Source of the DNA: Octopus sinensis
Lineage: Eukaryota
NCBI RefSeq assembly: GCF_006345805.1
Contig: NW_021833540.1
Span: forward strand, 1-28,718
Length of the DNA: 28,718 nucleotides
Direction: 5' to 3'
This document shows positions 20,727-28,718 of this stretch, in pieces. Each line of letters begins with the position of its first letter. The first letter of the stretch is position 1. The position numbers and the translations under genes were made by a program. The notes beneath the pieces were generated by a model. The model searched no databases, had not been told where the DNA came from, and worked only from the letters and a program-made list of their open reading frames with translations.

Positions 20727-21101
20727 ACTCTCTTTACTCTTTTACTTGTTTCAGTCATTTGACTGCGGCCATGCTGGAGCACCGCCTTTGGTCAAGTAAC
20801 TCGACCCCGGGACTTATTCTTTTGTAAGCCCAGTACTTATTCTATCGGTCTCTTTTGCCGAACCGCTAAGTAACGGTTGTCAAGCAATGCTAGGGGGACA
20901 AACACAGACACACAAACACATATATATACATATATACGACGGGCTTCTTTCAGTTTCCGTCTACCAAATCCACTCACAAGGCTTTGGTCGGCCCGAGACT
21001 ATAGTAGAAGATACTTGCCCAAGGTACCACGCAGTGGGACTGAACCCGGAACTATGTGGTTGGTAAACAAGCTACTTACCACACAGCCACTCCTGCGCCT
21101 A
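20727..21101 (-). mobile_element. Family A SINE, inverted relative to 20192-20567
   Basis: Full-length reverse complement with a ~25-bp internal deletion. Confidence 0.93.
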
Positions 21102-21287
21102 ACGGATATGTTTTTTTTTTTTTTAAATAATAATAATAATATACACCGTTCTAGACGAAATACAATGTAAACAAAGCCATGTGTGTCTATCAGAGTACGA
21201 TGTAACAATTTCACTAGCATAAGAAAGCCATAGAGGGTTATACGTATATATAATATTATTGAGAAACGAGTAAATATATATATATAT

Positions 21288-21587
21288 ATCACCGTGACCG
21301 ACCAGGCTATCAGATGTTGCTACACATCGCTGGTCACAATGCACTTCGCATTGTTTTAGCCTTTAAATGACACCACCCCGCTGGCTAAGCGAGCAGGCCA
21401 ACAGAAGAAAGAGTGAGAGAAAGTTGTGGCGAAAGAGTACAGCAGAGTACGCCACCACCGCCTGCCGGAGCCTCGTGGAGCTTTAGGTGTTTTCGTTCAA
21501 TAAACATCACAACGCCCGGTCTGGGAATCGAAACCGCGATCCTACAACCGCAAGTCGCTGCCCTAACCATTGGCCATTGCAACCTCA
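21288..21587 (-). mobile_element. Family D tRNA-derived SINE
   Basis: Minus-strand head GAGGTTGCAATGGCCAATGGTTAGGGC...GTTTCGATTCC (A and B boxes); distinct body ending GTCGGTCACGGTGAT. Confidence 0.8.
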
Positions 21588-21590
21588 TAT

Positions 21591-21622
<32 letters not shown>

Positions 21623-21805
21623 ATATATATAACTACAAATTATAAAATGGAGAAACATACTTAAATCATCAAATCAACCATCAGATGATACCAATCAATA
21701 CTTTATTACACCATTACATAACAGCAAAGGCATTATACAAAATATTTGTAAATATAATTAGACAAGGAAATAGAAATATAAAATATAATATATAATTATA
21801 TCATA

Positions 21806-21880
21806 TCTGACAGCTGTTTCGGCTGTAAGGACAAGTATAAATAAGACATTAACAAGGATGTCCCACGGCCTCTTCAGAGA
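21806..21880 (-). ncRNA. Type I hammerhead ribozyme with intact core
   Basis: TCT-CTGAAGA-GGCCGTGGGACA...TGTCCTTACAGCC-GAAA-C-AGCT-G-T-C-AGA. Predicted cleavage after GUC, between 21809 and 21808. Confidence 0.85.
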
Positions 21881-22228
21881 ATTTAATTTATTATAAGTGT
21901 GAAAAAATTTTTTTTATACATATAAATATAAAAATATAAAATATAAAAACGTGTGCATAGACACTCATAATACTACACATATATATATACTCATTAATAC
22001 AATAATACAAAATAAACAAAACAAAATATATCAATATATATTAACAAACACAGTTATTCTACATATTGGGCTTCTAATTCCAAAACTAACCTACAGGAAA
22101 ATATATGCACACTCACATTTAAATTTAAATCAGACATATACATAAAAAATAATTAAAAAACACAGTTCAGTTCATAAAATTATAAACCTATAAAAGTCAA
22201 TAAAAATTACTATTAATATATAATAATA

Positions 22229-22260
<32 letters not shown>

Positions 22261-24331
22261 TAAATAATAATAAATACAACATGTCTGTACCAAGTACATC
22301 AATCGGACATCTACATATCTATAAGTCTGATTCTTCTGTCCGCTTGATATTGATTATTCTAGATTGATTCGATTGGCTTATAGTTTTAAATTTGAATCAC
22401 AAAAGAAATTTTACGGTTAGTTAGTCAAGAAAACGCACATACGCACACGCAATCCACAGATCAATCGCACATACATACATAATTATATGTATACACACAC
22501 ACTCATACACATAATATCCACAAACACCGTCAAAACACATAAATAAAATGATTAAAAGAGGTATAATCGTAACTATGCAGCCATCAAGCCTCTCCAAAAA
22601 ACAACAATGCCACTATATTAACTAAGAAGATCCACTCACATATTTCCATAAAATATTTGTTATAAAGAACCAATATTTATATATCAAGACATAGAATGTA
22701 ATTTTTCGTAGGGTACACAAAGCATATGCCACCGTTTTTCTGTAGTCATAGTATTACATAACATAACGTTTACTGATTTCACCGTAATTTGCTATAATCA
22801 CATGTACGCTAAGTTATAAAGTATAGATTAAACATTTTTGTTTGACTATCAATAGACATAGAAACATACATATACTAAATTGACATCGGTTTATAGCAAT
22901 TAAATTATAAGAGATTAATTGTAAGAAGTCAAAATACGGAAATATTCCGGGATGTGTAAACAGACAAGACAAGACAAAAATTCTTTATAGTATCAATATA
23001 TATCATTTCTACGTAATAAATCCAATGCCATTATAATATTAATATTTATCCATCAAAGAACCTAACCTACGAACTAATAGAATTACACTCAAATATACAT
23101 GCCCATAATAATACTCATGTATAACAGCAGATATACACAAACGCACCGTTTATTTTCATATGTGACTTGCGAGTAAACATTCATAGTACTTATATATAAA
23201 TATACTTTTAAGCATCCGTGGACACATAGATACAAATGTAATAATTAACAAGATTTGGCATTAAATAATATCAGTGGGGGACTTACCAATACAATGGTAT
23301 ATAAGTAAATAATAAAAATTAAATTAATTATAAGTTAATAAATTGTAATTACTTAAGATTAAAATGTGATAAAATAAATAAGAAGAAATAATTAAAATTA
23401 CATACAGAGTATAAGTACAAACTAGTATACATGTATCCATATATTATTAAAATAAATAATTGATATGTATGTATATATCTACACTTAAATAAGTAAATAA
23501 ATAAATAAGTAAATGACTAAATAAATAGATAGATACCATAGAAAACAAATTCAGATAAATACATAGGTACACCTAATATATAGTAATGCTAATATGCATA
23601 TATCCACATATGCATAAAAGAGTATATAGGTAAATAAATAACATAAAATAAAGTGCAGATATATATTGAAGAAAGTACATATATAAACTTAGTATACAGG
23701 CTAATATTATGTAAACTTTTACCTGTAGATAATGAGTAAAAAAAATAAATAGATGAATAACATAATGTACAAATCAAGATGACTACAAATATAGACTAAA
23801 TATATAAGACTGCTAATATGTATAAAGCCAAATGTGAGTAAATGAATATGTTTATTAATAAATAGCATAAGATACAAATTTAGGTGAGTACAAAGATACA
23901 CTAAATATAAAATATATAAGCCTGCCAAATAAAAACCTGTAAAAACCCATATTCTCAACCAAAACAAACAAGATCCAATATAGACTCTCATATATTACAT
24001 ATTAGTATTACAGTATCTAAAACCAGGTATCTAACTATGATATTCTTACACACTCTGTAATTTTAGAAAACTTCAAGAATCTCATATTACTAAGCATGTA
24101 CCAAAATGAATATATTATTTCTTGCCGCAGTGTATTACCCTTATAAAACAAGACAAAAAAACCACATACAAAAAACAATTAATACTGGACATATATATTT
24201 ATATACATGTGTAGCTACAAAATTATATAAAATTATAAATTTATAAGTTGCATGTTTTAAAATTGTAGAAGACTACTAGTATAATTAGATACAGAAGGGA
24301 GTTAAAATATTACTAGTAGAAAAGCTAAGTT

Positions 24332-26309
24332 CTATTTAAATCTAGAGAAAGTGTACGGTAGTTTGTGAATGCAAAAAAAAATTTTTTCATTTATGTTATT
24401 AATAATAGGCCTACCCGCTTTGATAATGAAAAAAATTTCATTAATACATAGAGAGCATTTTTTATTTTTTCCATTATACACAGGTGCCGAAGTTAGTATT
24501 TTCCAATTTAATCTAAAATCTAAGTTCTAACTTTTGAGTTCCCAAATGTATGCACTTAACCCTGTAGAGTACATTCTATTTTTATTTCTAAAAGTATATC
24601 TGTGATAATTAAGTCTCTGTTTCATGCTATTCATAGTTGCTCCGATATATACCCTACTACTAAATTGTGTATCCACAGTGCATTGGTAAACTACCTCCTT
24701 CCTGAGGCATTGATTACCAAACACACACTTATTTCTGTTTCTGAAATTACAGTTATCAACAGGTTGGGGTAATCTAACATTGGTCCCCATTCCTGTAACA
24801 CCATTCACATTAGTAGTGTTATAATTATTATTACCATCCAAACCAAATTCACGAATGAATTAATTTATCATTATTGGCGATATTCCTATCAATAGTACTA
24901 GTATTGGTGGTAGTAGTATCATCTATTACATTAATATTTTCCTTACAGGTACGGTACCCTCATAATTTGTGTAGAGGGTTGTTCCCGTTAGCTCCAAAAG
25001 ATTTATTGTTCCTACTATTAAAGAGAGGCAAATTCCTATTATCTAAATTCAACTTTCTATCTTTATAGAAGTAATCCAGTTTCCTGTTATTAAAAGAGGA
25101 GATGATGGTGGCTAGATTATGTGTAATGCTATATCCTATTCTAACAGTACCATTGTTAATTAAATGACCAAATTTATTCATATCCTTACCAAAGTGCCTA
25201 AATATTACATTGTGCAAAGCTCTAACTATGTCTGTTTTTATCTGCAGTGCATATGGGATAATAAGCCAAAGTGTATCCTTATTAGTATTAGGGTTGCCTA
25301 TCAAATTATTGTTTTTAGTAAAAACCTTATTCCTTGACCATCCCATATGTTTACTATCCTTAACAATGTCATTGTTATGTCTATCATTATCAATATTCCC
25401 ATAATTATTACGTAAGTAAACTTTACTATTATCATATCTACCATAAGTTTTGAAATACGTATTATTAATATTACTACCATCACCTGTTTGCGCTGATTTA
25501 TTTAAACTACCGTCCACAGTTCCGAGGTTAACAACACCTCTATAATTATCATAGGCGTTTTCATATATTCTATTTTTCCTTTTCTTACAGTTATTATTGT
25601 TTGACCTAAAACTATTGGCGTTGTTCCTAATAGTTCCACCTCCATTTGAAGGATTCCCCTTGGGTATATACCATATTTTACTTTTGTAGCCTGCTTTCAG
25701 CAATGCTGCGTTGTATCTATCACAATGCTTATTAAAAATGTCCTCGTTTGAGGATAAATAAGAAATTCTCTGACTAATGCTACGCACTAGTGCACTTTTA
25801 ATTTGAGTGGGGTGATTGCTAGAACAGTTTATATATATTAAGTTAGAATTGGGTTTGATATAAGGTTCATGTATCCCATTAGTAATGTTACAATTGACAT
25901 CCAAATAATTAGCAGAATAGTTTTCACTTTCAATGATAATGGATAGGCCAAAACGTTTTAAAAATTTATTTAGTCTTTTTTTCAGAAGATCTAATCTCCT
26001 ATTAGATGTATTATTTACACAAAATAAAGCGTCATCCCTATATAGTCCTCCTTTTAATTCAGGGAATTCCCTACTAATGTTATCTAATAGATACATCCCA
26101 ACTAGATCAGTCACTTCCGCTGAGTCCGGCGATCCCATGGTGATGTCGAACAAGTTGGGTGTGTCCTTTCTAGCCCAAAGTTTATTATCAAACTCTATTA
26201 AAGTTTTCCTAGCTGTTAAGATAACCCTAATCTCACCCATACTTAATTATGGCAAAAATTAAAGCCTTATAATAGGGTTAATGGAAGTGTAGTAATTTTG
26301 TATATCAAA
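24332..26309 (-). pseudogene. PLE1 reverse transcriptase plus GIY-YIG endonuclease, disrupted
   Basis: FDIQNYYTSI, FDITMGSPDSAEVTDLVG, GLYRDDAL, YLDV, PYIKPN..YIN..SNHP, then CNFRNRNKC...VVYQCTV...YIGAT...KQRLNYH...STGLSAYIWELK, CSLCINE...CIHK. Lesions: stops or an indel near 26260, TGA at 24960, a frameshift near 24860, and TAG at 24527. Confidence 0.95.
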
Positions 26310-26311
26310 TG

Positions 26312-26450
26312 TATATATATATATATATATATATAGTATATATATATATCTATATATATATATATATATATTATATTATAATATATGGATATTAATTATT
26401 ATAGTATATATATATAATAATATATATATATATATATATTATATATATAC
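26312..26450. repeat. (TA)n-rich microsatellite (similar tracts at about 3150, 8600-8680, 10405-10450, 10785-10826, 13630-13670, 27490-27568, 28480-28530)
   Basis: Direct reading of the sequence. Confidence 0.95.
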
Positions 26451-26495
26451 CAGAAACTAAGCTGATGAACAGAAATGTTTGAGGAATGAAAGAAG

Positions 26496-26511
26496 CACGT
26501 CGGGGTCACCA
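26496..26511 (-). promoter_or_regulatory. Primer-binding site complementary to the tRNA-Trp 3' end
   Basis: TGGTGACCCCGACGTG starts 1 nt after the LTR end CTACA. Eukaryotic tRNA-Trp ends CACGUCGGGGUCACCA. Confidence 0.88.
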
Positions 26512-26512
26512 A

Positions 26513-27353
26513 TGTAGATATACGACCGTATGTGAGGAGGTTGGTGACATAGGTCTCCTTTGTAAGCCACACGGTCGCATCCCTAACAATATAAGATGAG
26601 CCATAATACAATTCATACAATACAGTGCCAACAGAATATAAATGAATGAGGACAAGCCGTTCCACTGTTTGAGAGAAGATAAGATTTTATTTACAAGGTG
26701 TTAAGGTTATAGAGGGTTGTGAGTGCTAGCCAGTGTTGTGTATGTGTGCATGCAAGAAGTGTTTGTGTCTGTGTGTTCGTGTGTGTTATAAGGGTGAACA
26801 TAGAGAACAAATAGAAATGTCCAGACACAAGATAGAGATAAATACCAGTTCTTAAGGTACACTATAGCAGTTCGTTCTGTGTCAATGAAGTTGGGGCAAA
26901 GAGGAGAGCAGTTACTACGCGTGTAGAAGTTGGGGCTTCGATCCATTTGCCAGGTTACATCGGTACAGAAGATCTCGCCGGTAGAGTTGTGCCGTTAACC
27001 TTGGTGTGTCTACACGAACAGCGTGTAAGCTAAACTTGAGCGAGTTGCTGTGTACACATCTTTGAGGTCGACGGTGGTGATGGCGTCCTGCATTGCTGGT
27101 GTATGTTGGCGTCGTCGCTGGCTGTAGCAGGAACATGGCTGGTGTGGTCGTCGCTGGAACTGGCTGCTCTGTGGTGGTGTGGTCAATGGCCGAAGACCAA
27201 AGACCTGCAATGGTAGATTCTGAGGCCTTTTAAAGCATTCTAGAGGCTCCCGAAGAACATCCAAAAGACTGTGTCATGTGACCTTATCCTAAGGACGTGA
27301 TTAGTTGGCTTTGGACAGTGGCGCGAAATAAAGTAGAGACAAACCGCGCTACA
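26513..27353 (-). mobile_element. 841-bp Gypsy-type 5' LTR (internal region truncated about 45 bp after the PBS)
   Basis: TGTAG...CTACA termini, AATAAA at 26691-26686, and the adjacent Trp PBS. Confidence 0.88.
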
Positions 27354-27515
27354 TGTTAACCAATCAGATCAGTGGACACAACAGGAACAACCCAGCCAAA
27401 GATGGCTGTAATCTCAAGCGAGATCATTCCTGTTGTGTCTCTCAAACAGTGAGGAATATCAGCTACCGCTACACACATACAACATAACACTATATACACT
27501 ATATATATATATATA

Positions 27516-27572
<57 letters not shown>

Positions 27573-27801
27573 ATAAGATCGTTAATTAAAATAAAATAAT
27601 GATTTATCAAGTGGTCAGCATGGGAAAAAATAACCTTCAAAGGTAATAATTATTAAAATTATAAATTAGGGTATCTACGAGATACCACCACGCTGAAAAT
27701 AGCAGCCATGATCTGACTCTAAAACCACCTTAATTGTCCATATATCAACACGGAGAGAAAACAAAGAGACAAGATGAAACTAGTAAAAAAATTACTGGAT
27801 A

Positions 27802-27859
27802 ATTCTAGATCCGGATTTCTGGCTTTGCATTTATGAATGCTTTGCCTCGTCATTAGAAT
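27802..27859 (-). ncRNA. Degenerate hammerhead-like motif
   Basis: ATTCTA-ATGACGA-GGCAAAGCATT(CATA)AATGCAAAGCC-A-GAAA-TCCGGA-T-C-TAGAAT. C3 is replaced by A and there is an extra A before GAAA. Confidence 0.55.
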
Positions 27860-27980
27860 ACACACAGAAAAGAAACATAAATACACATATATATAAATAC
27901 AACATACGAATACTTTCATATACGAACGTATACCTATACTGTTGTGTCTGGGGAGAGTCATTCTCTTTTGGTGCCTCTTT

Positions 27981-28245
27981 TGTGTGTGTATTTCGTTTTT
28001 GGATTTGGTTTGCACAACCTTTCAATGGTCGAAAAGGTTGCAAGACCACAACGAAAATGTTTTGAAAAATAAAGAAGAATACGCGGAAATTTTACCGGTG
28101 AGTGTTGAATTTATAAATTTAACACTCACCGGTAAAATTTCCGCGTATTTCTTCTTTATTTTTCAAAAAATTTTCGTTGTGTCTTGCAACCTTTTCGACC
28201 ATTGAAAAGGTTGCAAACCAAATCCAAAAACGAAATACACACACA
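27981..28245. repeat. Zero-spacer palindrome centred at 28113/28114
   Basis: About 133-bp arms, roughly 95% identical. Each arm contains a nested hairpin, TTGCAACCTTTTC-N7-GAAAAGGTTGCAA in the right arm. Confidence 0.95.
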
Positions 28246-28354
28246 CACACACACACACATAGTTAATCTAAACATGAAAACACAAAGTGAAAACACAACA
28301 ACGCGAGGAAGTGGAACAAGTATAGTATTATTGGACGCTCAGGAAAGAAGGAGG

Positions 28355-28389
28355 GTTTAATGTTTCGTGCGGAACTCTTCGTCAGAAAC
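28355..28389 (-). ncRNA. Minimal hammerhead-like motif in a probable PLE tail fragment
   Basis: GTTT-CTGACGA-A-GAGT(TCC)GCAC-GAAA-CA-T-T-AAAC: 4-bp stem I and core present, stem II has one mismatch. Confidence 0.55.
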
Positions 28390-28475
28390 ATAGGAAAAGG
28401 AAAGATCCAGAGAAGGGAAGACGTAGGGGGAAAAATCGCCAACGGTACACACGCGGTCACACACACACACACACA

Positions 28476-28513
<38 letters not shown>

Positions 28514-28718
28514 TATATATATATGTATATATGCACACAATATATATTAGAAGAAACAACGCATATGAACTCACATATGCCTCCCACACACACAACTTAC
28601 ACTCATACATACGCGCACACAGTTACACATACATGGACATTTACACACATGCACATAGACGAAACAACAAAGCACACACACACAACATATACATACACGC
28701 ACGCACATACTTCAAAAT

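Larger units (their letters stand above)
21640..26312 (-). mobile_element. 5'-truncated Penelope-like retroelement (PLE1), about 4.7 kb
   Basis: RT-GIY-YIG coding region, then about 2.4 kb of AT-rich sequence, then a hammerhead-containing terminus. That the tail belongs to the same element is inferred from orientation and the absence of other insertions. Confidence 0.75.

Noticed and set aside
24960-24962. In-frame TGA in PLE1 read as selenocysteine, as reported for some PLE clades
   Set aside because: It lies in a low-complexity linker and is followed by a frameshift and a TAG stop, so simple decay is more likely. No SECIS was identified.
17324-27353. A single DIRS-type element with inverted terminal repeats
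   Set aside because: No tyrosine recombinase or DIRS RT is present. The repeat has Gypsy LTR hallmarks (TG..CA, tRNA PBS), and the interior is a mix of independent insertions.

Overview
This is AT-rich, repeat-dense eukaryotic genomic DNA. It is probably from an octopus or other cephalopod, inferred only from the style of the SINE and Penelope repeats. One host gene is recognisable: the last four coding exons of NELF-A (NELFA/WHSC2) on the + strand (2091-2202, 4350-4633, 7704-7803, 9700-9860, stop TAA). Almost everything else is mobile DNA: (1) an internally deleted RepHel Helitron and a complete 356-bp non-autonomous Helitron; (2) two decayed Penelope-like elements (PLEs; RT plus GIY-YIG) with hammerhead-ribozyme tails; (3) a Gypsy LTR with a tRNA-Trp primer-binding site, plus an inverted ~98% identical partial LTR 9.4 kb away; (4) about 30 SINE or SINE-like copies from at least five families; (5) hAT and piggyBac-like MITEs; (6) many (TA)n tracts. 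The most notable features are four hammerhead-like motifs (two with unusually long stem II), a PLE with large Asn-rich linker insertions downstream of an LTR, three long fold-back palindromes, and inverted repeats closely bracketing a NELF-A exon. No self-evidently new gene system is proven. Repeat boundaries were read by eye and are approximate. Most short ORFs in the supplied track are SINE or microsatellite artefacts.
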